This document shows positions 20,638-33,098 of a stretch of 64,000 nucleotides of DNA, in pieces. Every line of letters starts with the position of its first letter. Positions within the stretch are counted from its first letter, which is position 1. This stretch comes from Deltaproteobacteria bacterium (GTDB lineage Bacteria > Myxococcota > UBA727 > VGSZ01): assembly GCA_016177705.1 (NCBI GenBank), contig JACOUT010000005.1, positions 286,374 to 350,373 on the forward strand. Direction: 5' to 3'. The notes under the pieces were generated by a model. The model was not told where the DNA came from, ran no database searches, and worked only from the letters and a program-made list of their open reading frames with translations. The translations under genes and the position numbers were made by a program.

Positions 20638-21444
20638 ATGGCGTCCGCGCTCGTCACCGACATCAAAGCCCGCGTCGACCGTCTCGAGATCGCCTTCAAC
20701 CGCGACGGCTACGACAAGTTCGGCACTTCGAAGAAGCACCTTGCGATCTTCTTCACGGCGCTTGGCTGGCTCTATCGCTCGTATTTCCGCGTCAAGGTCA
20801 CCGGCATCGAGCACGTGCCCAAGCGCGGCCGCGCCATGCTGGTCGGCAATCACAGCGGCGGCTACGCCGTCGACGGCGCCATGGTGCTCGCCTCCGCGCT
20901 GCTCGACATGGAGCCGCCGCGTCTGGCGCACGGCATGGCCGAGAAGTTCCTGAACGCCATGCCGGTCGCGTCGCTGTGGACCAACCGCGTCGGGCAGCTC
21001 ACGGGCCTGCCCGAGCACGCCGTGCAACTGCTCGAGGACGAGCGCCTGCTGATGGTCTTCCCAGAGGGCGCGCGCGGCACCGCCAAGCTCTACAAGGAGC
21101 GCTGGTCGCTGGTCGGCTTCGGGCAGGGCTTCGTGCGCCTCGCGCTGCAGACCAAGACCCCGATCGTGCCGCTCGCCTTCATCGGTGGCGGCGACGTGAT
21201 GCCGACGGTGATGAACCTCTACAAGCTCGGCAAGCTGCTCGGCGCACCCTACATCCCGCTCACGCCCTATCTGCTGCCGGTGCCGTTGCCGCGGCCCTGC
21301 GAGATCATCTACGGCGAGCCGATGCGCCTGCCCGGCACCGGCAACGAGGACGACGAGCACATCGAGAAGCTGGTCGCGCAGGTAAAGGAGCGGGTGCACG
21401 AGCTGATGGACGAAGGCCGCCGACGTCGAGGGGAACGGCCGTGA
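20638..21444 (+). CDS. Lysophospholipid/1-acylglycerol-3-phosphate acyltransferase family (PlsC-like)
   Basis: [13 protein letters not shown] (H..D acyltransferase block), FPEGARGT (block III), [10 protein letters not shown] (block IV). Confidence 0.75.
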   Translation: MASALVTDIKARVDRLEIAFNRDGYDKFGTSKKHLAIFFTALGWLYRSYFRVKVTGIEHVPKRGRAMLVGNHSGGYAVDGAMVLASALLDMEPPRLAHGMAEKFLNAMPVASLWTNRVGQLTGLPEHAVQLLEDERLLMVFPEGARGTAKLYKERWSLVGFGQGFVRLALQTKTPIVPLAFIGGGDVMPTVMNLYKLGKLLGAPYIPLTPYLLPVPLPRPCEIIYGEPMRLPGTGNEDDEHIEKLVAQVKERVHELMDEGRRRRGERP

Positions 21445-22358
21445 GGGTGCTGATCACCGGCATCGCCGGCCACATCGGCCGCAAGGTGGCGCAGTACCTT
21501 TTGGCCCGGGGTCACACCGTGGCCGGCATCGATCGACGTCCGTGGCCGGACGCACCCAAGGCGATCGAGATCGTCGCCGTCGACGTGCGCAAGCGCGCCG
21601 CCGAGGAGGTGTTTCGCCGCCGCCGGCCGGAGGCGCTGATCCACCTCGCCACCGTGACGCACTTTCAGACCGATCTGGAGGAGCGCTACCGGGTCAACCT
21701 CGGCGGCACGCGCGCGGTCTTCGAGCACTGCCACTCGTGGGGCGTCAAGGAGGCGGTGTTCGTCGGTCGCCACACCTTCTACGGCGCCGCGCCCGACACG
21801 CCGCTCTACCACACCGAGGCCGATCCGCCGCTCGCGGTGTCGACGTTCCCCGAGCTGGCCGACCTGGTGGCCTCCGATCTGTTCGCCTCGAGCGCGCTCT
21901 GGCGCTGGCCGGAGATGAGCACCGTGGTGCTGCGCACTTGCTACACGCTCGGACCGAGCCTGACCGGCACGCTGGCGAGCTTCCTGCGGCCGCGTCGCGT
22001 GCCGACCGTGCTCGGCTTCGACCCGCTCTTTCAGTTCATGCATGAAGACGACTGCGCGCGCGCTATCGCCGAGACCGTCGGTCGCGGCATGCGCGGCACG
22101 TTCAACGTCGCCGGGCCGCAGGCCATCCCGCTGTCGCTGCTCATCAAGATGGCAGGGCGGCGCAACGTGCCGTTGCCGGAGCCGCTGTTGACGGGCTTGC
22201 TCGGCCGCTTCGGCTTCGCGTCGCTGCCTCGCGGTGCCGTCAACCACATCAAGTACCCGTGCGTCGTCGACGACGCGGTGTTCCGCAGCACCACGGGCTT
22301 CGCGCCGGAGTTCGACGAGGCGCAGACGGTGGGTTCGTTCCGCTGGGCGGCAAGCTGA
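21441..22358 (+). CDS. NAD-dependent epimerase/dehydratase (SDR extended family)
   Basis: The GTG at 21441 overlaps the upstream stop (GTGA); Rossmann [25 protein letters not shown]; about 305 aa. Confidence 0.7.
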   Translation: MRVLITGIAGHIGRKVAQYLLARGHTVAGIDRRPWPDAPKAIEIVAVDVRKRAAEEVFRRRRPEALIHLATVTHFQTDLEERYRVNLGGTRAVFEHCHSWGVKEAVFVGRHTFYGAAPDTPLYHTEADPPLAVSTFPELADLVASDLFASSALWRWPEMSTVVLRTCYTLGPSLTGTLASFLRPRRVPTVLGFDPLFQFMHEDDCARAIAETVGRGMRGTFNVAGPQAIPLSLLIKMAGRRNVPLPEPLLTGLLGRFGFASLPRGAVNHIKYPCVVDDAVFRSTTGFAPEFDEAQTVGSFRWAAS

Positions 22359-22364
22359 CGATCG

Positions 22365-23243
22365 CTACTTGCAGCCCTTGGGCAACTGCTTCTGGGCCTC
22401 GCCCACGCCCTTGATCTCGAAGGTGACGGCGGTGCTGCCCTTGGCGCCGGGCACGGCCAGCGTCACGCGTGACGCCGCGGCCATCGCCTTGGCCGCTGCC
22501 TTGGCGTCGACGAGGAACAGCGCCTTTCCGTCGGTCGACGGTTTGATCTTCCACTTCGCCGCCTTGCCGCCGTCGAGCTTGGCGTCGATCACTTTCGTGC
22601 CCTTCTTGGCCGGCGCCGCGCCCTGCACGTAGACGTCGAGCTTGGCGGACGCGCAGCGGTAGGTGAGCTTGGCGCCGTCGTCGTTCTCGAGCCGCAGGAA
22701 CGACGGTCCGCGCTTGGGCCCGGCCACCGACGCGATCTCGATCTGCCAGCGCCCCGTGGGCAGCTCGTCCACCTTGGGCGCGGGGGGGCACTTCCACGAC
22801 CGCTCGTTGGCCTCGGCGATGCGGTTACGCTCGGGCTCCTTCACCGGCAGCGCGGCGGTCAGCTTTTCGCAGATGGCCGCGCGCACGGCCTCGTCGTCCT
22901 TGCCCGCGATGTCGATGCCGAGCTCGCGCGCCTTGGCGCCCTGCGCCTCGCGGATACCGGCGATGCGCTTCTTCTCCTCGTCCTTGGCCTCGCAGGCGGT
23001 GACGATCTTCTTCACCACGGCTGCGATCTTGTCGGTCTTCGCCATGCCCATGAAGTTCAGCTCGAGCTCGGCGACGGGCACCTCGACCTTGTCCCCTTGA
23101 GCGCAGCTCGCGCTGATCTTGGTCTCGTCGACCGTCACCTCCTTGATGCCCTGGCCGTCCAGGGGCTTCTGCAGGCGCGGCGCGAGATCGCCGCCGCAGC
23201 CGGCCAGGCCGAGACCAAGGAGCACCAGCAACCACCGACGCAT
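22365..23243 (-). CDS. Lys/Ala-rich lipoprotein, hypothetical
   Basis: MRRWLLVLLGLGLAGCGG (lipobox LAGC). Start chosen at M12 of track ORF 22365..23276. Confidence 0.5.
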   Translation of the reverse strand: MRRWLLVLLGLGLAGCGGDLAPRLQKPLDGQGIKEVTVDETKISASCAQGDKVEVPVAELELNFMGMAKTDKIAAVVKKIVTACEAKDEEKKRIAGIREAQGAKARELGIDIAGKDDEAVRAAICEKLTAALPVKEPERNRIAEANERSWKCPPAPKVDELPTGRWQIEIASVAGPKRGPSFLRLENDDGAKLTYRCASAKLDVYVQGAAPAKKGTKVIDAKLDGGKAAKWKIKPSTDGKALFLVDAKAAAKAMAAASRVTLAVPGAKGSTAVTFEIKGVGEAQKQLPKGCK

Positions 23244-23323
23244 GCGTCCTCCGAGCAGGGCGCGAGAATGCCCCAACTGGCCGGTCGATCGCCAATGGCC
23301 GGGAAGCCCGACACAACCGTGCC

Positions 23324-23950
23324 GTGTGCCGCATCGGCCAGGGCGCGGCGGTGGCGGCTGCCGCCGGGCCGTGCTCTGCTTTGGTCATGGACGAGGAAAG
23401 CGCGCTTGCGATCCGCCTGTTGTCGGAGCAGCGCGCCCGCATCGCGGCGGGCGTGTGTCGGCTCGGCGCCAAGCTCGAGCCGCGCTTCGAGAGCATCCCC
23501 GCCGAGGTCACGGAGGCCTCGATCGCGACCTTCCTCCGCGACCTCGAGCACTTCCTCGCCACCGGCGACGCGGGTCCGCTAGCAAGCACGGTGCGCGCCA
23601 CCATCCGGCTGAGGCGCCACGTCGGCTTCACGGCGGCGCACTTCGCCGTGTATTCGCACGCCTACCTGCCCATCATCCGCAAGGTGTTCTTGCAGTCCGG
23701 CGAGCTGCCCATCCCGGTGCTGCGCGCCTACGACAAGGTGGAGAACGCCGTGCTGCCGGTGATGGCCCGCTTGCTCGCCGACTTCGCGCTGGCGGGCGAG
23801 GGCGTTTCTGACGACGAGTTCGACGACACGCAGCCGTCGCTGGCCTCGCCGCGCGGCGATCGGGCGCTCAACCCCTTCCTCAGCCTGTCGGTCGACGAGG
23901 AGCTGACGGACCCGGGCCGCGCCACGCCGGTGAAGCGCTCCCTGCCCTGA
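23324..23950 (+). CDS. Hypothetical protein
   Basis: 208-aa ORF with good GC3 bias; no motifs recognised; alternative start at 23387 (MDEESALAIR). Confidence 0.35.
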   Translation: MCRIGQGAAVAAAAGPCSALVMDEESALAIRLLSEQRARIAAGVCRLGAKLEPRFESIPAEVTEASIATFLRDLEHFLATGDAGPLASTVRATIRLRRHVGFTAAHFAVYSHAYLPIIRKVFLQSGELPIPVLRAYDKVENAVLPVMARLLADFALAGEGVSDDEFDDTQPSLASPRGDRALNPFLSLSVDEELTDPGRATPVKRSLP

Positions 23951-24037
23951 CGGTCTCGCCCGGTGACGGCGCGCACACGGATCCGCGGCCCCGCCGCCAA
24001 TACCTCGGCGAGCCCTGCCGGCTCCCTGAGGTGCCCC

Positions 24038-24616
24038 ATGAACCCGCTCGGATCCTCGTCGCGCCCCGCTTCGGCCGCGGCCGTCGCCCTCCCCCTGGTG
24101 CTCGCCGCCGTGGCGACCAGCCTGGCGGTCTTGCCGGGCTGCATCATCGTCTCGACCGGCGGCGAGGAGCGCCACGAGGACTGCATCAACCCGTTCGACG
24201 ACAGCTGCTTCAACTGCATGGACGGCTGCGACGACATCGTCGACTCGGACGGCGATGGGCTGGGCGACGACGCCGAGGGCCCCTGCAACACCGATCCGTT
24301 CAACGCCGACTCGGACGCGGACGGCGTGCAGGACGCCGACGAGGACCTCGACGGCGACGGCTTCAGCACCGGCGACGAGGTCGCCTTCGGCTCCGACTGC
24401 GCCGACGCGGGCGACTTCCCGGGCAGCGCGGGGGAGGGCGAAGGTGAAGAGCCGCCGCCGCCCGCCGACAGCGACGGCGACGGCCTGACCGATGACGCCG
24501 AGGCAGAGCGCGGCACCGACGCCGCCGACGCCGACACCGACGACGACGGCCAGACCGACGGCGAGGAGGTCGAGTGCAACTCGTCGCCGCTCGATCCCTT
24601 CTTCACCTGCTGCTGA
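24038..24616 (+). CDS. Secreted lipoprotein with thrombospondin type-3-like Asp-rich Ca-binding repeats
   Basis: Signal MNPLGSSSRPASAAAVALPLVLAAVATSLAVLPGC; repeats DSDGDGLGDDAEGPC, DSDADGVQDADED, DGDGFSTGDE, DSDGDGLTDDAE, DTDDDGQTDGEE. Confidence 0.6.
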   Translation: MNPLGSSSRPASAAAVALPLVLAAVATSLAVLPGCIIVSTGGEERHEDCINPFDDSCFNCMDGCDDIVDSDGDGLGDDAEGPCNTDPFNADSDADGVQDADEDLDGDGFSTGDEVAFGSDCADAGDFPGSAGEGEGEEPPPPADSDGDGLTDDAEAERGTDAADADTDDDGQTDGEEVECNSSPLDPFFTCC

Positions 24617-24667
24617 AGGTCCATCGCAATATCGGCTGCGGCTGCGTTGGCCGGCTTCGGCGCTCGC

Positions 24668-25597
24668 TCACATACGGGCAGTATGCTCGCTTCGCGCCTC
24701 GCCGGCCGCCTTGCCTCGCTCGATGTTGCGATGTCCCTCAAGCGCCCGCCGCCACAGCGCCTCGGCGCGGTAGGACGAGCGCACGCGCGGACCCGCGGCG
24801 ACCGCCAGGAAGCCGAGGGTCCGCGCGTCGTCCGCGAGGGCGGCGAACTGCTCGGGATCGACGAGGCGCCGCACCGGCGCGTGCCGGCGGGTGGGGCGCA
24901 GGTACTGACCGAGCGTGAGTACGTCGACGGCGACGCCGCGCAGCTCGATCATGGCGTCGAGCACCTCGTCGTCGGACTCACCAAGGCCGAGCAGCAGGCC
25001 GGACTTGGTGACGAGCTCCGGCCGCCGTCGCTTGGCGGCGTCGAGCAGCGCGAGCGAGCGATCCGTCGAGGCGCGCCGGTCGCGCACCGACGGTGCCAGG
25101 CGCCGGACGGTTTCGAGGTTGTGCGCCAGCACGTCGACGCCCGCGTCGACCACGGTGCCGAGCGCGCGCGCATCGCCGCCGAAGTCCGGCGCCAACAGCT
25201 CGACCGTGCGCTGGTCGTCCTTGAGCGCGCGCACACAGCGGGCGAGCTGGCGCGCGCCGCCGTCGTCGAGATCGTCGCGGTCGACGCAGGTGAGCACCAC
25301 GTGGGCGAGGTCGAGCGCGCGCACGGCGTCGAGCAGGCGCGCGGGCTCGTCGGCGTGAAGCGGAGCTGGCCGACCGCTCTTGACCGCGCAGAAGCGGCAC
25401 GAGCGCGTGCAGACGTCGCCGAGCAGCAGGAAGGTGGCCATCCCGTCCGCCCAGCACTCGCCCTGGTTGGGACAGCGCGCCGCCTCGCAGATGGTGGCGA
25501 GCGCACCGAGCTGCTCGCGCACTGACGCGGTGCGCTCAGGCGCGGGTGCGGGTGCCGCCAGCCAGCGCGCGTCCGACAGCACCGGCAGCGAGGTCAC
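24668..25597 (-). CDS. lipA: Lipoyl synthase
   Basis: CEAARCPNQGECW (auxiliary cluster) and CTRSCRFCAV (radical-SAM CX3CX2C). Confidence 0.9.
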   Translation of the reverse strand: MTSLPVLSDARWLAAPAPAPERTASVREQLGALATICEAARCPNQGECWADGMATFLLLGDVCTRSCRFCAVKSGRPAPLHADEPARLLDAVRALDLAHVVLTCVDRDDLDDGGARQLARCVRALKDDQRTVELLAPDFGGDARALGTVVDAGVDVLAHNLETVRRLAPSVRDRRASTDRSLALLDAAKRRRPELVTKSGLLLGLGESDDEVLDAMIELRGVAVDVLTLGQYLRPTRRHAPVRRLVDPEQFAALADDARTLGFLAVAAGPRVRSSYRAEALWRRALEGHRNIERGKAAGEARSEHTARM

Positions 25598-25848
25598 GGT
25601 GCGAGCCGCCCGCGCAGGTAGGCGACCGCGCCGTCGAGGGTGACCAGGTGCTGTGCGTCCACTTCGGGCACGTCGACACCCAGGCGCTCCTTGAGCCCCA
25701 CCAGCACGCGCAAGAAGTCCATGCTGTCGAGGTCGAGGTGCTCGCGCACGTCGACGTCGCCTGGGATGGACGCGCCGCGGCTCTCGGGCGCGACCGCGGC
25801 GATGGCCTCGAGCAGCGCGCGCCGCAGCTCCTCGTCAGTGACGCTCAT
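25594..25848 (-). CDS. Acyl carrier protein-like (phosphopantetheine-binding) protein
   Basis: 84 aa. ...VDVREHLDLDSMDFLRVLVGL... has the DS(M/L) Ser attachment context. GGAGG is 6 nt upstream of the ATG; the ATG overlaps the E2 stop and the lipA ATG overlaps its own stop. Confidence 0.65.
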   Translation of the reverse strand: MSVTDEELRRALLEAIAAVAPESRGASIPGDVDVREHLDLDSMDFLRVLVGLKERLGVDVPEVDAQHLVTLDGAVAYLRGRLAP

Positions 25849-27059
25849 GGTGCCTCCGGGTGCAGCAGGTGCCGCTCGACTGCTTGCAGGAAGCGCGCGC
25901 CGCCGTGGCCGTCGCTGGTGCGGTGATCGGCGGCGAGACTCAGCGTGAGGACGGAGCGCGGCGTGACGGCGCCGCCGTGCATCCATGGCCGCTCAGCCAC
26001 GCGGCCCGCGCCGACGATGGCGAGCTGCGGCCACTGGATGACGGGCAACAGGCCATCGACGCCATGATCGCCGAGCGAGGTGAGCGTGATGGTGCCGGCG
26101 CTCATCTCGCGCCCGCGCAGTCCGCCGCTGCGCACGCGCTGCACCAGGTCGCCGATGGCGCGCATCATGGCGTCGATGTCGAGCGTGTGCGCGTCGAGGA
26201 TGGCGGGTGCGATCAGCCCGCCGCCGCGCTGCGCGGTGGCGAAGCCGAGGTGCACGGCCGCCGAGGCGTGCACTCCCTGTTCATCGTAGGTGCCGTTCAG
26301 ATCCGGCGCGGCGGCGGCGGCGCGCGCCACGGCGCGCGCGAGCACCGCGGCGAACAACACCCGCTCGGTGACCGGGCGGGCCTCGTTGTGGCGCACGAGC
26401 CAGCCGAGCGCGTCGGTGACGTCGACGGCCTGCCACAGGTAGTAGTGCGGGATCTCGCGCTTGCTTCTCGCCATGGCGGCGGCGACAGCGCGCCGCATCG
26501 CCTCCTTGGCGTCGCGCGGAGGCGGCGGGGTCGACGGTTGTGTTGTCGCGGGCGCGCGCGCCGCGCGCTCGACGTCCTCGGCGGCGATGCGGCCCTCGTG
26601 CCCTGCCGGCACCGTCGCGAGGTCGACGCCGAGCTCGGCGGCCCGCCGTTTCGCGAGCGGCGAGGCCAGGATGCGATCGCCGGGAAAGGCCCCCTCCTTG
26701 TCTCCGCCCATGGCACGAGACCGCTCCCCCAAACTGGGGGAGCCCAGACGGGGCGTAGCTGGCGCTTCGGCGATGTCCGTGGGGGCTCCCCCGATTCGGG
26801 GGAGCGGTCGAGCGTCGTGCGTGCCCTCGGGGAGGGGGCCTGCCACGTCGAGCCGCGCGATCACCGCGCCGACAGCCAGCTCGGCTCCCTCGTTGGCGAG
26901 CAGCTCGAGCACCTTGCCCTCGTGAAAGCACTCGACGTCGATCAGTCCCTTGTCGGTCTCAATCTCGACGATCACCTGACCACGGTGCACGGCGTCGCCT
27001 TGCTTGACGCGCCAGCGCACGATGCGGCCGCGCTCCATGTCGGCGCCGAGCGAGGGCAT
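25845..27059 (-). CDS. Dihydrolipoamide acyltransferase (E2) of a 2-oxoacid/acetoin dehydrogenase complex
   Basis: Lipoyl domain with EIETDKGLIDVE, PSBD ILASPLAKRRAAELGVDL, catalytic DHRTSDG. Start ATG at 27059 (alternative GTG at 27080). Confidence 0.85.
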   Translation of the reverse strand: MPSLGADMERGRIVRWRVKQGDAVHRGQVIVEIETDKGLIDVECFHEGKVLELLANEGAELAVGAVIARLDVAGPLPEGTHDARPLPRIGGAPTDIAEAPATPRLGSPSLGERSRAMGGDKEGAFPGDRILASPLAKRRAAELGVDLATVPAGHEGRIAAEDVERAARAPATTQPSTPPPPRDAKEAMRRAVAAAMARSKREIPHYYLWQAVDVTDALGWLVRHNEARPVTERVLFAAVLARAVARAAAAAPDLNGTYDEQGVHASAAVHLGFATAQRGGGLIAPAILDAHTLDIDAMMRAIGDLVQRVRSGGLRGREMSAGTITLTSLGDHGVDGLLPVIQWPQLAIVGAGRVAERPWMHGGAVTPRSVLTLSLAADHRTSDGHGGARFLQAVERHLLHPEAP

Positions 27060-27072
27060 GACGAAGCGAAGC

Positions 27073-28050
27073 TCAGCCACGGCCGCACACCCGGCGCGCC
27101 GCCGCCGCGATGGTCGCGGGCTGCGGCAGCGCCGCGTCCTCGAGGTGCTTGGGGTAGGGGATGGGCACCTCGGCGGTGCACAGCCGGGCGGGCGGCGCGT
27201 CCAGCTCGTCGAAGCACAGCTCGCACACACGCGTCACCAGCTCGGCGGACAGGCCGCCGCTCCGCCAGCCCTCGTCGACCACCAGCACCCGGTGCGTGCG
27301 CTTGACGGTGTCGATGAGCGCGGCGTCGTCGAGCGGGCGCAGCACGCGCAGGTCGATCACCTCGACGTCGAGACCCTCGGCCGCCAGCGCCTCGGCGGCG
27401 GTGAGCGACTTCTGCACGCCCGCGCCGTAGGTGAGGATCGACAAGTGAGCGCCGCGGCGCCGCACGGCGGCGCGCTCGAGGTCGACCGCGGTGACCTTGG
27501 CGTCGAGCTCGCCCTCCTGGTTGTAGAGGAAGATGTGCTCGAAGATCATCACGGGGTCCTGCTCGCGCAGCGCCGCCGGCAGCATGAAGCGCGCGTCCTC
27601 GAGCGTGGCCGGCGCCAGGATGCGCAGGCCCGGGATGTGCGCATACCAGCCTTCGAAGCTGTGGCTGTGCTGCGCCGCCAACTGCCGGCCGGCGCCGGTC
27701 GCCATGCGGATTACCACGGGCGCGCCGAGCTGGCCGCCGCTCATGTGCCGCAGCGTGGCGGCGTTGTTGATGATCTGATCGAGCGCCAACAAGGAGAAGT
27801 TGCAGGTCATGACCTCGACGATCGGTCGCATGCCACCCATGGCTGCGCCGATGCCGACGCCGACGAAGGCGCTCTCGGACAAGGGCGTGTCGCGGATGCG
27901 TTCGGGCCCGTAGAGGTCGAGCAGGCCCTTGCTGACGGCGTAGCAGCCGCCGTAGGCGGCCACGTCCTCGCCCATCAGGAAGGCGCGCGGCTCCTGGTCG
28001 AGGCACTGGCGCAGCGCGAGCTTGCAGCACTCGCGGTAGCTGACGGTCAT
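27073..28050 (-). CDS. 2-oxoacid dehydrogenase E1 component, beta subunit
   Basis: [35 protein letters not shown]... transketolase-like Pyr and C-terminal domains; 325 aa; the ATG overlaps the E1 alpha stop (ATGA). Confidence 0.9.
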   Translation of the reverse strand: MTVSYRECCKLALRQCLDQEPRAFLMGEDVAAYGGCYAVSKGLLDLYGPERIRDTPLSESAFVGVGIGAAMGGMRPIVEVMTCNFSLLALDQIINNAATLRHMSGGQLGAPVVIRMATGAGRQLAAQHSHSFEGWYAHIPGLRILAPATLEDARFMLPAALREQDPVMIFEHIFLYNQEGELDAKVTAVDLERAAVRRRGAHLSILTYGAGVQKSLTAAEALAAEGLDVEVIDLRVLRPLDDAALIDTVKRTHRVLVVDEGWRSGGLSAELVTRVCELCFDELDAPPARLCTAEVPIPYPKHLEDAALPQPATIAAAARRVCGRG

Positions 28051-29035
28051 GCGCGCCTCCCCGGATCGCGCGGCGCGGTCACGTGGCGCGTCAGGTGCTC
28101 GGGCGGCTCGAGCGTGCCGCGCTCGGCGAACGCGACCGCGTCGTCGACCTCGCGCTGCACCGCCACTTCGGCGGCCGCGAGCGCGGCGTCGTCGAGCAGG
28201 CCGTGCGCCTTGCCCGTGTGTGCCAGCGCGGTCAGTGGATCGCGCGCGCGCCAGCGCTCGATCTCGGCTTTGTCGCGGTACCCCTGCGAGTCGAACATGG
28301 AGTGCGCGCGGAAGCGGTAGGTGCGCATCTCGAGCAAACAGGGCGCGCCTTTGCGCGCGATCTCGACGGCGCGCCGCGCCGCCGCCAGCACCGCCACCAC
28401 GTCCATGCCATCGACGCGCTCCGCGGCCATGCGGTAGCCGCGCGCCTTGGCGGCGACGTCGGTCTCGGCCTCGTCGACGTCGAGCGCCGACCCCATGGCG
28501 TACAGGTTGTTCTCGCAAACGAACACCACCGGCAACCGCCACAGCGAGGCCAGGTTGAGCGACTCGTGGAATTCGCCCTCGGCCACCGCTCCCTCACCGA
28601 AGAAGCAGACGGTCACGTTGGGGCGCGCGAGCAGCTTGTCGGCGAGCGCCAAGCCGACGGCGATGGGGATGCCGCCGCCGACGATGGCGTTGCCGCCGTA
28701 GAAGCGCCGCTTGGCGTCGAACACGTGCATCGAACCGCCCCGGCCGCCGCTCGAGCCCTCGCGCTTGCCGAACAGCTCGGCCATCACCTCGCCGGCAGGC
28801 AGGCCGCGCGCCAGCGCCTGGCCGTGCTCGCGGTAGGTGGCGACCACGGCGTCGTGGTGCGCGAGCGCGCGCAGCACGCCCACCGCCACTGCCTCCTCGC
28901 CGTCGTACAGGTGCAAGAAGCCGCGGATCTTGCCCGCGCCGTACAGCTCGACGCAGCGCTCCTCGAAGCGCCGGATCAGCAGCATCTCGCGGTACAGCTC
29001 GAGCGCCGTGGGGCCGTCGAGCGCGGGCAGCGCGG

Positions 29036-29039
<4 letters not shown>
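28047..29039 (-). CDS. 2-oxoacid dehydrogenase E1 component, alpha subunit (TPP-binding)
   Basis: TPP motif [20 protein letters not shown], ...[10 protein letters not shown]... The GTG at 29039 has GAGGGGG 8 nt upstream and overlaps the ligase stop (GTGA). Confidence 0.85.
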
Positions 29040-30826
<1,787 letters not shown>

Positions 30827-30948
30827 GCCACGCGCGCGCTGCGAGTCCGCGCCGCGCTGCGGCAGCCAGCGCCTTCACGGAGCGTCGAGCACGTGCAAAA
30901 GCACCCGCAACGCGGTGCCATTGGACACGCGTGCGGACGGAGGACGTG

Positions 30949-31998
30949 ATGAGCTTCCTGCTGTACGGCGCCACCGGCTACACCGGGGAGCTGGTCGCCG
31001 AGGCCTGCGTGGCGCGTGGTCTGCGCCCGACGCTGGCGGGCCGGAACGCGGCGCCGCTCGCGGCGTTGGCGAGCCGCCTCGGGCTGCCCCACGTGGTGGT
31101 GGCGCTCGACGACCCGACCGCTCTCGACCGCGCGCTCGCGGACGCGCCGCTGGTGCTGCATTGCGCCGGCCCCTTCGCCGAGACCTCGCGGCCGATGCTG
31201 GACGCGTGCCTGCGCACCGGCCGGCACTACCTCGACATCACGGGTGAGATCCCGGTGTTCGAGGCGGCGCAGGCAAAGGGCGCCGAGGCCAAGACGCGCG
31301 GCGTGCTGCTTCTGCCCGGCGTCGGCTTCGACGTGGTCCCGTCGGACTGCTTGGCGCTGCACGCGAGCCGGTTGTTGCCGGGCGCCACCAGCCTCGAGCT
31401 GTGCGTAGCTTCCTTCGGCTCGGTGTCGCACGGCACGGCGGCGACCGCGATCACGCTGTTTCGCGGTGAGAGCGTCGAGCGCGTTGGTGGTCGGCTGGTG
31501 CCCGTCCGCTTCGGCAAGCGACGCCGCGCCTTCGATCTCGGTGACGGCAGGGAGCAGATCGGCGTGGGAGCGCCGCTCGCGGATGTCTTCACCGCGTCGA
31601 TCTCGACGGGCGTGCAGAACATCCGCGCCTACCTCGTGCTCGGCGCCAAGCTCCGACGCGCGCTCATGCTGGCACCGCTCTTTGGGCCGCTGCTCGGCGT
31701 CGGCCCAATCGCGCGCGCGCTTCGCTCCTCCTTGCCGCCGGGCGGGCCCGATGAAGCAGCCCGCGCGCGCGGCCGCACCGTGGTGGTAGCCGAGGTGACG
31801 GACGCGGCCGGGCGGCGCGCCGCCGCACGCCTCAACGGGCCCGACGCCTACACGCTGACGGTCGAGTGCGCGCTCCTGTGCGTGCGGCGCGTGCTCGGCG
31901 GCGCCGCGCCGCCGGGCTTTCACACGCCGGCGTCGGCGTTTGGTGCCGACCTCGTGCTCGAGGCACCGGGTGTCACGCGCGTCGACCTGGCGCAGTGA
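30949..31998 (+). CDS. Saccharopine-dehydrogenase-like NAD(P)-binding protein
   Basis: MSFLLYGATGYTGELVAEACVARG... Rossmann-type; start at M7 of track ORF 30931..31998. Confidence 0.6.
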   Translation: MSFLLYGATGYTGELVAEACVARGLRPTLAGRNAAPLAALASRLGLPHVVVALDDPTALDRALADAPLVLHCAGPFAETSRPMLDACLRTGRHYLDITGEIPVFEAAQAKGAEAKTRGVLLLPGVGFDVVPSDCLALHASRLLPGATSLELCVASFGSVSHGTAATAITLFRGESVERVGGRLVPVRFGKRRRAFDLGDGREQIGVGAPLADVFTASISTGVQNIRAYLVLGAKLRRALMLAPLFGPLLGVGPIARALRSSLPPGGPDEAARARGRTVVVAEVTDAAGRRAAARLNGPDAYTLTVECALLCVRRVLGGAAPPGFHTPASAFGADLVLEAPGVTRVDLAQ

Positions 31999-32029
31999 CG
32001 CTCGCCCGCGGGCTTGCTAGAGGGCGCGG

Positions 32030-32965
32030 GTGACTGCGAATCGGCTCCTGCTCGTGCTCGGCCTGCTCATCGTCGCGCTCGCCGGTGTCGCGTGGTGGTG
32101 GGCGACCATGCACCGCCCGCCGCCGCCGCCGCCGGCGATGCTCGATGCCGGCGCACCGCCAGCGAGCAAGCCCATCCCAACCGTGACCGTCGCCAAGGCC
32201 GAGGGCCTGGTGGAGGTGCGGCGCCAGGGCAGCGACCGATGGGAAGCGGTGACGTTGGGCGCCGTGCTGGCGCAGGCCGACGCCATCCGCACGGGCGCCG
32301 CCGGCACCGTCGAGCTGGAAGCGGGGGGCAACACCGTGTCGCTGCTGTCCGGCACCGACGTGAAGGTTGCCGAGCTGACAGCCGACCTCACGCGCTACCT
32401 GCTCGGCAGCGGCCTGGTGGCGGGCGCCGCGCCGGGCGCCGCTGGGCGCACGCTGCAGGTCGACGTCGACGGCACCGACGTCGCAGTGAGTGCGAGCGTC
32501 GGCGCCTTCCGCATGTCGAGCAACGGCGCCGGCACTGTCGCGGTCGCAGCACAGGAGGGCGACGTGCGCGTGGCGGCCAAGGGGAAGGTAGTGGTGCTGC
32601 GGCGTGGCGAGCGCAGCCTGGTTCTGCCCGGGGGCGCGCCGTCCGATGCTACGCCCATCGCCACCTCGCTGTTGTTGAAGGTCGCTTGGCCCAAGCAGCG
32701 CGAGACCAACAAGCGCGTCGTCACCATCACCGGTCGCACCGAGGCAGGTGCGCTGGTGTTTGCGCTCGGCCGCCCGGTCGCCGTCGGCGCGGACGGCGCC
32801 TTCACACAGAGCGTGACCCTGCCCGAGGGCGAATCGCGGCTCGATGTGGCCGCCGTCGACGTGTCGGGCAACGATCGGCGTGAGGCCGGGCCGGCCATCA
32901 TGGTCGACAGCAAGGGCGCCTCGAGCCGCTTCGACACCGACGATCTGTGGAAAACGAAGCCGTAG
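32030..32965 (+). CDS. FecR-domain membrane protein (anti-sigma-like), no adjacent ECF sigma
   Basis: GTG start; TM LLLVLGLLIVALAGVAWWWA; FecR-like core ...AVLAQADAIRTGAAGTVELEAGGNTVSLLSGTDVKV.... Confidence 0.55.
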   Translation: MTANRLLLVLGLLIVALAGVAWWWATMHRPPPPPPAMLDAGAPPASKPIPTVTVAKAEGLVEVRRQGSDRWEAVTLGAVLAQADAIRTGAAGTVELEAGGNTVSLLSGTDVKVAELTADLTRYLLGSGLVAGAAPGAAGRTLQVDVDGTDVAVSASVGAFRMSSNGAGTVAVAAQEGDVRVAAKGKVVVLRRGERSLVLPGGAPSDATPIATSLLLKVAWPKQRETNKRVVTITGRTEAGALVFALGRPVAVGADGAFTQSVTLPEGESRLDVAAVDVSGNDRREAGPAIMVDSKGASSRFDTDDLWKTKP

Positions 32966-33018
32966 TCCGCAGCAGGTGTGCGCGCGCCGCCCACGCGAGC
33001 GTTGTCCGGCCTACCTCG

Positions 33019-33037
33019 CTGTCTCCACGTGAGACAG
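33019..33037. promoter_or_regulatory. Perfect 7-bp inverted repeat CTGTCTC-N5-GAGACAG between the FecR-like gene and the beta-propeller-like gene
   Basis: ctgtctccacgtgagacag, 54 nt after the FecR stop and about 62 nt before the ATG at 33099; coordinates +/-2. Confidence 0.3.
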
Positions 33038-33098
33038 CAATCGACCGACTCGAGACACCTCGCGGACCACCGTCCGAGCGCGCCGTACGCTGATCGAC

